From the NCBI RefSeq assembly GCF_009914755.1, contig NC_060927.1: a stretch of 64,000 bases of DNA. The stretch is one strand, 5' to 3'. The stretch is from the human T2T-CHM13v2.0 reference genome, Homo sapiens. Of this stretch, positions 37,288 to 55,534 are shown piece after piece; position 1 is the first letter of the stretch; each line of letters begins with the position of its first letter. A model generated the notes under the pieces. The model saw nothing but the letters and a program-made list of their open reading frames with translations, ran no database searches and had not been told where the DNA came from. The position numbers were made by a program, and so were the translations under genes.

Positions 37288-39169
37288 ATAAAGGGCCCAC
37301 AATCAAATTTAAAAGACTTTTGTCTCTTCTTGGAAACACAAAGAAATAGGGAATAGAAATGTCTTCTTAGTGAAAAGAAGTTGTTCCTTATAACATCAAT
37401 GGATTAAAAAAATCAGAAATAGAAAAATAGAATTAAATGTCCTTTAGTCTTGTTGTAAACTTCTGACATTTAGAATCTGACTGCATAGACTTTTGTTCTC
37501 TCAAAAAACAAGAACCTGAATGCTCCCTAAGAACTGTGGAAAGTTAATGAATATGTTTGAAGCTCAAATGAATATTCCAGTAAAGTCAGGGGTCTTGTTT
37601 ATCCCAATGGGTGTAGTTGTGTATTAAAGATCGTATGAAGTTCAATTTCTTTATTTTATTTTATTTATTGTGCAGAGAAACATCTGTTGTTAAGACTCAT
37701 TTCTTTAGGGCTGTTGTGAACATATTTCTCCAAACCTATTTTGCTTCCTGTCATCCCAAATTCAGCCATAAATCCCCTTCTACTCTGTTTTGTGCATCGT
37801 TAGAAGCCACTTTGTGAGTAAAAGTGCTGCTTGTGTGTTGAGCTCTTGTTGCTTATATGCCATATTTGTTGCCTCCTTCTCAGCCTAGCAGGAAATTACC
37901 TTCTGCTCAAATGATCCCCTTTCCTTCTCTCACTCCACCATCATTTTAGGATAATTTTCTCTTTCCAGATGATGTTATGGAGTCCTTATGCTGACTGTTT
38001 GTGGCAGGGTCTCATGTCCTCATAGAAACAGAATTCTTATCTTGAATTAAAGAAAGGGATCTTAAACCTTCTGAAATCATCTGCTATTTAATTTTAGAGG
38101 ACAGCCTTCTGTTACTCAATTTATACCCAGGTTTTATAGAATTTACACTTCTGTTAACAGGGTGTTAAAATAGGACTCTTCTATCTTTGTTTCAGTGGAG
38201 GCTGTAAAAATGTAATCACAAAAGAATAGATTCTTCCCCTCAGTTTCTAAAATGGAGTGCTAGACCTTCTACGCAAGGTGGTGAAAGAGGTCAGGGGGAA
38301 GCAGCTTTGTGACCCTTAATCAACCCTCAAATTGAGATTAAACATGATTGAGTTTGAAAAGGCTAAGAGGGAGAGAGAATATCTTTAAAGAAAGGTGGTG
38401 GATTGCTCTGTAACTTTCTCATTACGTCTGCATGGGGCAAGGAAGAGGGTGGTTATATCTGGTGAGACATAATTTAGAGACCCATTGGGGCCTTGATTTG
38501 TGTTCCCTGGAGTTTAGGGACTCTAGTGGACTGGTGACTGTCTCATGCCTGATAAGGTCCACAGAAGAGAACTGGATGGAACACCCTGTCTGGCATGGGA
38601 GTGAAGAAGGATGGTGGTGTTGGCAAACAGCAACCTTTCTACTCGATGTCAGTGGTAATTCAAGGTGCATGATTTTTCTAGGAATTGTGGACCTTCACTT
38701 GGGAGCTGGCCTGGAGGTATTTTGGATTTCACTCGAGGGGATGAATGGGCTCACAGATGGGCAGTGAAACCATGGGTAGGACATGGACAGACTGCCAGAT
38801 GCCCAGGGCCTGAGGAAGGAGTTATAAGCAACTAAGGGCAGAAGAGGTATGGCTTGCACTAAGGCGGGGGCAATCAAGTGTTTTATGAGAAAGTTTCCTT
38901 GGAACCCATAAAAGCATCCCAAACAAGAAAGAGTTGTTTTTGAACATCAGTCAGCCTCTTAGTTCCCCTCCATCCCCACTGCAGAGGAGCAAATTCCCAT
39001 TAAGTGGCTTTAAAGGGAGACAAGGCATTGAAAGAAGAAAGACATTGAGTCTTGTTTTTAACGTAATGGTATTACTTCTATTGAGTATTTTACTGCATAT
39101 TGATAATACATTTCTTATCATGTATTGTTTGCTAGAGTTTGTTATTTTTTAGGGTATCTGTTTTTCTTT

Positions 39170-39370
39170 AGAATGTTATTATTCCATTTACAAATACTGA
39201 GTGTCAACTATGTGCTAGTAACTGGAGTATGTATTGGAAAACAAGCATGAAAATATGAATTTTGGATCTCAAGTCCTTTACGCTTTGGTAGGGGAGGCAC
39301 ATAGCAAACAGAAAATTTGAATGTAGTGTGTAAGGCCTCAATAATGTGTCATGGAACCATATATAGGGAT
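39170..39370 (-). mobile_element. L2 3' fragment
   Basis: attccatttacaaatactgagtgtcaactatgtgctag...ctttggtaggggaggcaca. Confidence 0.55.
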
Positions 39371-39389
39371 AACGGAGCTTTGAGTTAAG

Positions 39390-40030
39390 CCGCTCTGCCT
39401 TTTGATAGATATATTCATGGCTGTAATTGTGTCTCTACCTACTATTTTGGTTGAAAACCATTGATATTGTTATGTAATATTTTCATTGTTCACTTCTAAA
39501 TATTTTATAATTTGTGGTATGAGTTTTTTTTACCAGTAGTGTTACTTACTAGTGTGTTTTCAAATTTCCTGAAGTTTTTTTTTCTGCCTTTGGTTTATGC
39601 TTTCTAATTTTATTGTACTGATATCAGAAATAATTTGTAAGATAGTGATTCTTTGGTATTTGTTAAGGTTATGCTTGTATAACTATACATTTGTATCTAC
39701 TTATATTTGTGGTCAATTTTTATATATGTTTCATGTGTGTTTCAAATGGATATATAGCCTGTAATGATTGGACGTAGGGTTCTGTATGTGTATATCAAGT
39801 ATTGTTTAAACCTTATTTATCTTCACTAATTTTCAGTCTGCTAAATCTATACATTACCAAGAGACATATGTAAAAGTCTTCTACCTGATTGGATTTATCC
39901 AGTCCTCCTTGTAATTGTTTTTGCGTTATGTATTTTGAGGCTATGTTGTTATGTAATACTGGTTTGAGATTAAATGTTCCTTATGAATTGTTTTCTTTTG
40001 ACATATAGAATATTCTTAGTTATTCCTTAT
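39390..40030 (-). mobile_element. Ancient L1M ORF2 (endonuclease region) fragment
   Basis: ttctaattttattgtactg...tgtggtcaatttttatatatgtttcatgtgtgtt...tattttgaggctatgttgtta. Confidence 0.7.
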
Positions 40031-41089
40031 AATTAAGGTAACTTATATATCATTTTTCATCCAAGCAGAGACATTTTTATAGTGCAAAGGGACATGAAAA
40101 ATAATTGATAGATTTTAATTGATCTATAGCAGGTATAAACCAGACTCTCCTGTGCAAACGAGGATGTTGGGTCATCATATTTATGACACTTGTGCTTATG
40201 GTGAGTTTTTTCACATGTGTTTTCATTCTTTTATCTAAGCATAGCTCCATCAGGGCTGGTTGATGCTGTGAGAATCTCAAGGGGTTTGAGCCATGGAAAT
40301 ATCCCCTAGACTGGCTTTGCTTTTGTTTTTGAAGATACCTAGGGGACCACTGGCTCAGGGACAGTTCTTCAAATGATTTCTCTGGATATTCTCACAAATG
40401 TGGGTAGTAAAAATCTAGCCTCTCAAACTATGCAAAGCACAATCTCTGCAGCTTTGATACCTAACAGGACACTCTTTTCACCCTGAGTCTGAGCAGAAAC
40501 AAGTTTTCTTGTTCTATGCCCTAGTGGGCTTTTTTCCCTTCCCACTGTGCCTGCAGCATTTAGAGGGTGTTGGTTCTAAAGGGTCTTTGTTCCAACTCAA
40601 CACCTTTCACAGGCCTTGTCTGCTATCCTTCCTCTGGCAGTTTAAAAACCCAACATCTAGGTTGTTATTTGGTCTAATTCCCTTTGTTACTGCATCATCA
40701 ACCCTCCCCTTGGCTAAGAGACCTGTTATAGAAACACAGCCTACTGAGGTCAGCCAAATGGGCTGGATGCTTTGGGCTTCACTTTGCAGAAGAACAGAAA
40801 GACACAGGAAAGGCATTGAAATTTCAGTCGTTCCATTTTCCCTCCAGCCTTAGCTTTTATAAGTGGGATAGAGTAGAGCAAATGCCTAATTTCTTATTTT
40901 ACAAATAATGCAGGCTGCTTTTCCACTGGAAGGTAAAAGTCATTACAGCCAGTTTAGATATCACATAACAATTTTCTCACTCTTCTAGTCTGCTGGAAGC
41001 CTTGTGAGGAGAAAGAGATTGGGGCAGGTGGGTGAGGACCAGATCATGAGGGGCCACAGAAGCTGTGCAAAGGAGTTTATTTAGATCTG

Positions 41090-41820
41090 CTTTTTCCACT
41101 TAAGCAATTTATGACACCCTCCAACTTTATCTTTTGGCCAAAAATCCTCAAAATCTCCCAGTGTTAACTTAAATGATTGCATTGTGATTTTACCTAAATA
41201 TTTACAGCTATAAAACCTGGTTTAATGTCGTTACATTTATAGCAGCTATGCAACTATGAAACCAAAGACAATTTACAAATTTAATACAAATAAAACTGTA
41301 AAACTAAACAAAATAAAATAAAAAAATTAATTCAATGTGTCAGATCACGTTGTTTTGGAGAAATCAAATTGTCACGCTCAATATGACAATGATCCTGCTA
41401 TTGGACAGATTGTTTTGAGTTTGACTTGTACTGCATGTCAGAGATGACTCAACTCTTCGCCATTGTTGTCTATTCAAATACTGTGAAACCTTAATTTGGG
41501 CAGTGACATGAAGTACTTCAACCTTCATTTGGCCCAAGCCCATTATCTATTCAGCGTTTATTTCCGGACTTTCTTTCGTTAACCTGGAGAAATTAAAATA
41601 GTACTACCTGGTGCCATGTGGTTATTAACAGATGCAAATGTGGGCAGTAAAATGTCAGTTTAGTACTTGGTTTTAGAGTGGAAATCCAGATGATTCAGAA
41701 TATAATTGTATTAAAAAATGTTAATACCATTGAAACGAACAGAGGAAAACATTCTTTTAGAGATTTTAAAGTCCTCTCGAATACACCCGAAGACCTCCAC
41801 AGCTGAGATCTCAAATATTT
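41090..41820 (-). mobile_element. Possible ancient hAT-Charlie remnant
   Basis: Minus strand reads aaacaacgtgatctgacacattga (KQRDLTH*), like the KQxxxSH* end of Charlie/Buster transposases, followed by an AT-rich tail. Confidence 0.35.
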
Positions 41821-41974
41821 TCCCAAAGATAACTGAAGTGTTTCTGATACTTCAAGTACAAGACTAGAAGGTCACCATGAGAGGGCACCACAGTGAAGGC
41901 AGAAGAGTGAGTGGTCTGCAGCAAGATGTCCTAAAGACCAACAGGGACTATGCTGAGGTTGGCAGGGGGTATAG

Positions 41975-42375
41975 CAGTAGATAATTGTGGTGTTCCCCTC
42001 AGACCCCCTCTTTAGGCTGATGCAGCTGCTGGGAATATCTGGTGTTCATGGTTCACAGCTGTGTCCTTCTCTGGGACTTGGCTTTAGTGACAGAGATCTT
42101 CCTTGCCCAAGGTTATGCCCCTTCCTGTGAACCTGCCCATGACCAGTGACTTGCTGATGTGGAGAAACAAAGGCCTCAATCTCAGGCAACATTGAAGGGC
42201 CATGAGAGCTCCAGAGCCCCCCATAGGATCAGCTGAGGCCTCAGTTGCAATTGCATTATGGGTCAGCATTGTCCTCACTCCCTTACAGGTGTAGCTCCTG
42301 AGAGGTCTCCCAGTAAAACAGCTGCATACCATTACTTATCTCAGAAACTGATTCTATAGTACCCAGTCTAAGACA
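41975..42375 (+). mobile_element. LTR16A-like (ERVL) solo LTR
   Basis: ccttgcccaaggttatgccccttcct...gagctccagagccccccataggatcagctgaggcctcagttgcaa...cccagtctaagaca. Confidence 0.8.
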
Positions 42376-42404
42376 GATGTTGATGGGACATGTGATAGAA
42401 CAGA

Positions 42405-42500
42405 TGGGAGCATACACTGCTGTATCCCCGGTACTCAGCACAGTGCCTGGCACATCACCGGCGATCTGTAAATCCTTGTTGAATGAGTGAATGAATGATA
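42405..42500 (+). mobile_element. L2 3' end
   Basis: cactgctgtatccccggtactcagcacagtgcctggcaca...ttgttgaatgagtgaatgaatga. Confidence 0.75.
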
Positions 42501-44779
42501 GATTTGAAGAAGCCAGGGATAACTGTCACAATCCTGGCCTTGGATATTGATTAGATGATGGGGTTATTGGGGGGAATATGATAAATGTAGATATTACAGG
42601 TTCTCTGATTTACATTTATTGCCTAATCCTGTGCTTTCTTTTTATGCCTGATTCCATACCTTCCCCTGACCCTCCACTATCTCCCCTACACACACCCTGT
42701 ATGGTTTTCTTGAGGTGGCTAGTGTTTCAGGGAGTTTCAAATGAATTTTGAGACTGTGTCAGTAAGAATTAAATCTGTTGATGCCACCCTGACATTCCTA
42801 TCTAATAACCTATAGTTGAGATGCTAGGTTTTCTGTTTTTCTGCAGGTGTCTGTGAAGTGTGGCAAATGCTCAGGAGTGATGAGTCCGGGTTTAGAGGGG
42901 CCTCATTGCACATAGATACATAAAATGAAAATAATTAAATTGGGTGAGGGGAGGAAATGCTTGGTTCTCTGATTGTTCCAAATTTCATTTCCGGAGGTGT
43001 CCAGGGAGTGCTTTCATGGTGGAGACAGGAGCATTACCATTTTAACGAGCCCAGTCTCCCTGTAGTTTATGGCTTCCTTTCACCCACGGCAAATCTGATG
43101 GGCAATTGCTTTTCCTCTTAAGGTGGCCTTTCTGGGATCCAAGATTAGGTCAGACACTCCTCCCCACTGTCAGGAAGCCTCATAAAGCCTGTTATGGCTC
43201 CTTCCTTTAATTGGAATTCCAGGCCATTAAGTAGTGGCCTAATTTGCTGCCATGGATTGTTTCTCATATTGACTTTGCCAAAGTAAGAAGCAAACCAGAT
43301 TTGAGTATAAGTCTCCTCCTATGTTGTGTTACTTAAAGCGTCAGATTTGCATTTCTAAAAGAGAGAATAGTTGAATATGCTTTGGGGGAGGGGCCTAAGG
43401 AGTAGAAGTGGAGACACTTTAGTCAAACAGAATTATGGAAATGTAAAGGTAGCTGGGTATCGGGAATCAAGTATCCTCTGCTTTTCACTTTATACTTTTT
43501 AATCCCAGAGGTGAGGTCATGAATCTAAAGTCACAGAGTTGACTTAGGGCAGAGAGTTAAGCAGAACCTGGGCCATCTGGGTTTGCCAAATAGGAAGGCT
43601 TTGTAGGAGCTGTGAGGTTTCTCTTCTCATGACCGGCAGAACAGTTTCTGTTTTCCATCGGTAGAACGGTTGGACCAGAGACCGAGGGGGACAGTTAAGC
43701 TGTTGGTGCAAGTGTTCTGTTTCTGATGTATGGCTCACTTGACCAGGACTGTCACCTTTCCCATACTAACAGTTGTCAGGAAATTGCACCTGCCAAACGA
43801 AGTCTTAAACAGGGAACACACTTCCTAGGTTATCAAGACTAGTTTGAGAAGTGTCTTAGACCAGTGGAATTGGAGTTTCTGATCAAACTCTGTATGAATT
43901 CTAAGCTTTCCAAACAAGAGCAGCTCACTCACTGAGGACCCAGCCCACAATAATCTATGATTGTGGTCATTATTGGTGTTCGGGCTTCCAGCCGCAGGTT
44001 TCTCCCTGGAGTCTGCTTTTAAGATAGCAAAAGCTCTAGTGGGCATTTGGTACCAGCCACTGCCTGCAGACTGTCACTCTGTGTAAATCCCTTAGTCCTG
44101 CTGGATCCCTCGAACAAAGCTAATCTGCCATCTGACACCTGGGCTTGTCACCTTTAATTCCAGGCTTCTGAGCTGCTCTCTCCAGGGAAATAAAAGGTAG
44201 GATTTCTCTCCTTCCCTCACATACTCTTGACATCTATTATTCCACTCATGGGCATCTGCCTCAAGGGGCACCCAGCTGCACCTCTCTCCTCTTGTTTAAT
44301 AATGTGAAGTCATTTCTGAGTTTTTGACCTGCCCATTTTTCAGTTTTAATTTTCAGGTAAAGGATTCCTGTGGCAACAGAACAGCTCCTTTTTAGAAGCT
44401 GTTTCTGTATAGAAAGTTTATGAACAAAGACAGACTTTAAAAAAAGAAGCTGTTTCCGAATGGTGGAATTATAGACATGAGGGTAATAGGGGAGGTATTT
44501 TGAGGCAGAGGATGTATTTCTAGGCCTCGACCTCTATCTTCACCACTACATAGCTAGGCTGGAGAGGGCGGGTTGGCTTTACCCTTCCTTCCAACTTCCA
44601 GTGATTGGGCAGATAGATTGACCCAATTTATCTAGGAGAAATAGCATTGCTGCTATGGGACAGGGGCAGGGCAGAGTATGTCTGTAACCTAGGGTGTCCT
44701 TTCTTTGGACCCAGAGTTTAGCCAATACATTAAACATACATGTACCAGTGAAAGGAAGAAAAAACATATATGAATATGA

Positions 44780-44880
44780 ATCTATCTATCTATCATCTAT
44801 CTATCATCTATCATCTATCTATCTGCCTGTTTATCATCTACCTATCATCTATCTATCTATCTATCAATCATCTGTCTCTA
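44780..44880. repeat. Degenerate (TCTA/ATCT)n microsatellite
   Basis: Directly visible. Confidence 0.9.
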
Positions 44881-44933
44881 CTATATTTTCTTCCTTGTGT
44901 ATGTGTGTGTATACACACACTATTATATGTATA

Positions 44934-45234
44934 CATTTTGCCCTCTACATCTGTGAGTTCTGCATCCATGTATTCAACCAACCTCAGTTCAAAAATATTG
45001 GAAAAAAAAATCACATCTGTACTGAACATGAACAGATATTTTTCTTGTTATTATTCCCTAGGCTATACAGTTTAGCAACTATTTACATAACATTTACATT
45101 GTATTAGGTATTATAAGTGTGTAGGTTATATGCAAATACTAAGCCATTTTATATGGGAGACTTGAGCATCTGTGGATTTTGGTATCCAAAGGAAGTTCTG
45201 GAACAAATCCCCCATGGATCCTGAGGGATGACTA
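44934..45234 (-). mobile_element. MER2 (TcMar-Tigger) element
   Basis: ctgtactgaacatg...catttacattgtattaggtattataagt...gacttgagcatctgtggattttggtatcc...cccccatggatcctgagggatgact. Confidence 0.88.
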
Positions 45235-45569
45235 TATATGTATATGTATGTGTATGTTTACGTACGTACACTGGTGACCTTTAAATGTTTTGAAAGCACC
45301 TAAAACATAGTATATTAAATATCTTTCAGTTTGAAATACTGAAGTAGTTTCTATTTCTTGTGTTGTACTCTGGCTTTTAGGCATAGCTTGGAGATTCCTT
45401 TCTATGGAGGAATGGAGAATCAAGATAATTAGCTAATCTCCATCTCTGTGAGCTGGGTTTGAGAATTCTGCTTCTTCCTCAAAACTTGCTTCAGGAATTC
45501 CCAGGACTATTTACTTTACACATTCCCAACTTATGCATGCATCTATTTTGGTAGGGTGCAATTCAAGGA

Positions 45570-46770
<1,201 letters not shown>

Positions 46771-46811
46771 TTATTTACTGAACCTACTGTTATTTATGTT
46801 TTGAACCTTAA

Positions 46812-47111
<300 letters not shown>

Positions 47112-47260
47112 TAAAATTGATCATTTGGTGTACAATTCTAAACATTTTAGCACATGGAGAGCCAGGTAATCATCACCACAACAGGATTCAGAACAGCCCC
47201 ATCGCCTCCCAAAAACCTCCTAGTGCTATTTTTTTTTTTGTAGTCACATTCTCTCCCTCA
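47112..47260 (-). mobile_element. L1MC-type 3' fragment
   Basis: ggtgtacaattcta...gtaatcatcaccacaacaggattcagaacagccccatcgcctcccaaaa. Confidence 0.65.
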
Positions 47261-48485
47261 ACAGATCTAGAAGCCTAACAGATCTAGAAGAAGTAGGGTC
47301 ATGACCTGATCCCGGTCAGAACCACTATTTATCTAGGTCCCAAATGTGTTACTGACAGTCCTGTATTTAGGATCTTCTAACAGACTCAGCCTTTCCCAGG
47401 GGGTTATTTCCACCCCTTGACCCTTCATAGACTTCTTACTCTACCAGTATGTTCAGTCCCCATCTTAATAGGCACAGAAGATGCAGGAAAAGCCTGTAGG
47501 AGTTATAAAAGCTCACCAAAATTTCCACATCCTGAGATATATCTACAAAGTCAGTAATGGGGGAAGGCAATCTATTTTTAGGCACATAAATAATTTAGGT
47601 CAGAATATTTCAGGTAGCATTGCATTATAGCTGAAAACAAACCTCAGTTTGAATGGTTATAAAGTGATTTCAATAAACATCATTTCTAAAAGCATAAGCA
47701 TTTTAATTAGCTCATCTGTAACTCCACAGGGCCTGCTGAGATATAAATATACATATATATTCATAATATAGATTGTTGTGAATAGATTTCTTATTAGTTG
47801 CATCTCTCTCTTTCTTCCTCTCCCATTATTGTTTTTTTATTTCACAAAATGTCCTCTATCTTTTGAGTGAAAGAAGAGTTCTGTTTACTTGTGTTCTGGG
47901 GTCATAGAAAATGGATAAAATTATTTTCTCTGGAAAACAGGAGGGTTCAGGATAGTTCAAATATCTCAATTTCCCCAAAGAACTTCATGTATCACTTCAT
48001 CTAGAGTTCCCTGGTTCCAGGGAGGAACATATGAGTTAACTGAGGTCTTGTCATTGGTCCGGGCACTAGAATACAAGAGAGTACCCTACAGATGAGCAGC
48101 TAAAAGGGGAGCAGGGGAAAAAGAGAGAGACTTTCTTCCCAGCAATTCTAGGCTCTATTCTGGGTAAATAAAGGTTTTGTGTCCTTTTTCTTGCTGGGTC
48201 CTCTCAGGAGCACAGTGAGACACACTCTGATTTCCACACTGCAGATGGCCCACAGCATAACTTTTCCAAGGCTGTATAGTTATGCCTTGAATCCAGAATT
48301 CATGTCTGTGAAAGAAGACAGGCTATATCAGGGGTCAGCCATGCCTTTTGGTTCCAGTGATGTTCAAAGGTGCACTAGGAAGATGAGAGATCTTTTAAGA
48401 AAGTGGAGAAACAGAAGGAAACACAAGGCAATAAGTTAATATTAAAGGTGGAAATAGAGGGAAAACAAAAACAGCCCTTGACATC

Positions 48486-48870
48486 CGTGTTAGGCTGTTC
48501 TCTCACTGCTATAAAGAAATATCTGGGACTGGGTAATTTATAAAGAAAAGTGTAAGATCTGCAGGCCATACAAGCATGGCGCCAGCATCCGCTGGGCTTC
48601 TGGAAGGCGTCAGGAAGCTTTTATTCATGGCGGAAGGTGAAGCAGGGACAGGCACGTCACCTGGTGAAAGCAGGAGCAAGGGGGAGTGGGGAGATGCTAA
48701 ACACTTGTAAACAACCAGATCTTGTGACAATTCACTATCACAAGAACAGCACCAAGCCATGAAGGATCTGCTCCCAAGACCCAAACACCTCCCACTAGGC
48801 CCCACCTCCAGTATTGGGGATTACAATTCAACGTGAGATTTGGGCAGGGACAAATATCCAAACTATATCA
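48486..48870 (-). mobile_element. MSTB-like solo LTR
   Basis: ctgctataaagaaatatctgggactgggtaatttataaagaaaag...ccccacctccagtattggggattacaattcaacgtgagatttgggcagggacaaatatccaaactatatca; TSD acatc/ccatc. Confidence 0.9.
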
Positions 48871-49077
48871 CCATCTATACCAGCGAGAACTTCTGTAAGA
48901 CACTTTGGAGTTTGCAGAGTTCTTTTATGTCTACTGACTTATGATTTCAGAGGCATTGGTGGAAAGGACTCAGATTTTGTAAATAGACATACTGGTTCTA
49001 AGCCCCTTTTGAACCACAGCTGAGAAAGTTGTGTGGCCTGAGAAATAGCCCTACCCCAGATTTGGAATTGAACTTTG

Positions 49078-49593
49078 CTTTGGTTATCTGTTGCTGTGTA
49101 ACCCACTACCCTAAAACTTAGTGGGTAACAACAACCACAATTTTACCACAATTTATTTTCTCTCGTGACTCTGTGGGCTGACTACACAGGTCTCTTGCTT
49201 CATGTGGTGTCAGCTAGACTCTTGAGATGGCGAGTAGGTGCAAAATGCCCTGACTCATATGGCTGAGAAATGGTGCTTCCTGCTGATTGAGAGCTCAGCT
49301 GGGTTGTTGGCTGAGGGCCTTTGTGTTCATCCATGTGGGCCTTTCCATATGGCTGCTTGGGCTTCCTCCAAGCATGGTAGCTGGGTTCCAAGGAGGAGTG
49401 TTCCAAGTGAACAAGCCTTAACGTGCAAGTATATATCAAGCCTCCATTTGCATCATGTCTGCTAATGTCTCATTGGACAAAGATAGTCACATGGCCAAGT
49501 TCAGAGACAATATGGTAGGGGACTAAACAAAGACATGAATACTGGGAGGTTGGTTCACTGAGGCCATCAAAGGAACTGTAACAATCTACTACC
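49078..49593 (-). mobile_element. MLT1 (F/G/H-like) LTR
   Basis: gttatctgttgctgtgtaacccactaccctaaaacttagtgg...ctcattggacaaagatagtcacatggccaag...catgaatactgggagg. Confidence 0.8.
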
Positions 49594-50101
49594 ATCTCGA
49601 AGAAACCATTTTGCAACCTCAGCACACAAAACATTGTTTGTGGCTCAGCCTCCATCTGAAACTTCATGTCCACCATAAACTTTCTTGCCAAATTCTAATA
49701 GAATGTTCCTTCTGATACTGAGTCACAACTGGACTGCCAGTTTTATGCACTGGTCTTTGTTCACTTCGTGTGGGACACAGTACCAGATATTACAAGCAAC
49801 TTAGAAGAAATATGAGCTCTTATTCTTGCCTTAAGAAAACAGTTGTCCAAGTGCTGAGATGGGAACAAGAAAGAGCACATTGGTAAGGGAGGGGCAGAAA
49901 TTCAGAGAAGAAAAAGATAAATGAAGGACAGAATGGGAAGAGAGGAATGCTTTCTTCCCTTTTACCATCTCTTCTTTCCTTCCTTCCCTGTTTTTGTCCT
50001 TCTTCCTTTCTATTCTCGTATTCTATACCCAACCTTTTCTGACCCTCTTCTCATCTTAGGTGTGAGATCATCCTAAGTAATAGTGAATCAGGCTCATCTA
50101 T

Positions 50102-50650
50102 TGTATTAATTATCTATTGCTGTGTAACAAGTTATCCTAAAGTTTTGTGGCTCAGAACAACAATAAATATTTATTATCTTCTATATATTTTATGGGTCAG
50201 GAATTGAAGAGTGTCCAAGTTGGGTAGTTCTGGATCAAGGTACTCATAGCATAGCTGTCAAGATGTCATCTGGGGTGGAAGTCATGAGAAGATTTGAATG
50301 GGTCAGGAGGGCCTGCTTCCAAGGTGGCTCACTCACATGGCTGACAGGCTGGTGCTGGCTGTTGGTGAGTGGTCACATCCTCCCCATTTGAGCTTCTGCA
50401 CAGGCTGCTGATTGTCCTATGACATGGCAGTTGGTTTGTCCCAGAGCAAGGAAGCCAAGAGAGGAGAGTCAGGTAGAAGCTATCCTTTTTATGACCTACC
50501 TTTAGAAGTCACATAGCATCACTTCTGCCTTGTTCTGTTCATTAGAAGGGAAACCCCAAGTGTAGTCTGCTTTCAATCAGAGGAGAATTAGCCTTCACCT
50601 TCTCAAGGGAGTAGTATCAAAGTATTTGCAGACATTTAAAAATTACCATA
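50102..50650 (-). mobile_element. MLT1 LTR
   Basis: tgtattaattatctattgctgtgtaacaagttatcc...ttccaaggtggctcactcacatggctg...agaagtcacatagcatcacttctgcc. Confidence 0.8.
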
Positions 50651-51655
50651 TTCATGTTTTCAAAAGGATCCTCTTGAAGTCACTGAGTATATTCTGTCCC
50701 ACTTCAGTAATTTCTGAGGTGGGAATAGGTGGGTGATAAGGAACTCTTACCATGCAGTGGACAAATGATTTTTCAGCAACCAAGTTCTTGTTCACCTTTG
50801 CAAGAAAGTTCCCTTCTCACACATGCTACAGCTAATGCTGACCCAGTGAGGCTGAATGATGGCTCTCAAATGCCAGAAAGCTTTCGAAAGGACAAAGAAG
50901 ACTGGAATGGAGAAGGTGCACGAGTGACTGCTGTCAGTCAGGCAAATCATAAAGGCCAGTGCTCCCCTTGTCCAGTTAGAGAACCAGGCCCTTTTGAAGA
51001 TGAACCTTCTGTGACTGTCCCTTTGCTTCCCTGAAATGAAGTGTATTTAGACCATGTGCTTATTTTTTACCTCCCCTCGTGTGCTCTGATTTATTAACGT
51101 GTGTTATACACTGAGTCAGTTTAATTAATTGTAGCTCATATGCTAATATCACTCTCCTTTCCCACTACTTTCCTTGAAGGAATCTGCAAAGATTAGATTT
51201 GACCTGCTGCTGTGAAAAATACCCAAAAGGAGGATGGTGAAAACTGGAGTAAGGGATCCTCAACTTTTGGAAAGAATTATCTGGGATATTAAAGGAATAG
51301 ATAGGTTATGCTTTTTTTGGTTGTTGTCGTCCCTTTCTCTGTTCAGGTTTTCTACTGGGACTTTTTTGGAGTTGGTCTTGCTCAGGCTGGGTTCTGCCTG
51401 GCCAGCTCAGTTGTAAGTAGGAGAGTCTTTTTTTTTTTTTTTTTTTTAATTATTATACTTTAAGTTCTAGGGTACATGTACACAACGTGCAGGTTTGTTA
51501 CATATGTATACATGTGCCATGTTGGTGTGCTGCACCCATTAACTCACCATTTACCTTAGGTATATCTCCTAATGCTATCCCTTCCCCGTCCCCCAATCCT
51601 ACGACAGGCCCTGGTGTGTGATGTTCCCCACCCTGTGTCCAAGTGTTCTCATTGT

Positions 51656-55471
<3,816 letters not shown>

Positions 55472-55534
55472 TATGATGTTCGTTGGTTATTTTACTTGTT
55501 AGTTGATGCAGTTTCTTCCTAGCATCGATGGTCT

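Noticed and set aside
44694-45107. ORFs rich in IYLS repeats
   Set aside because: Translation of the (TCTA)n microsatellite and MER2.
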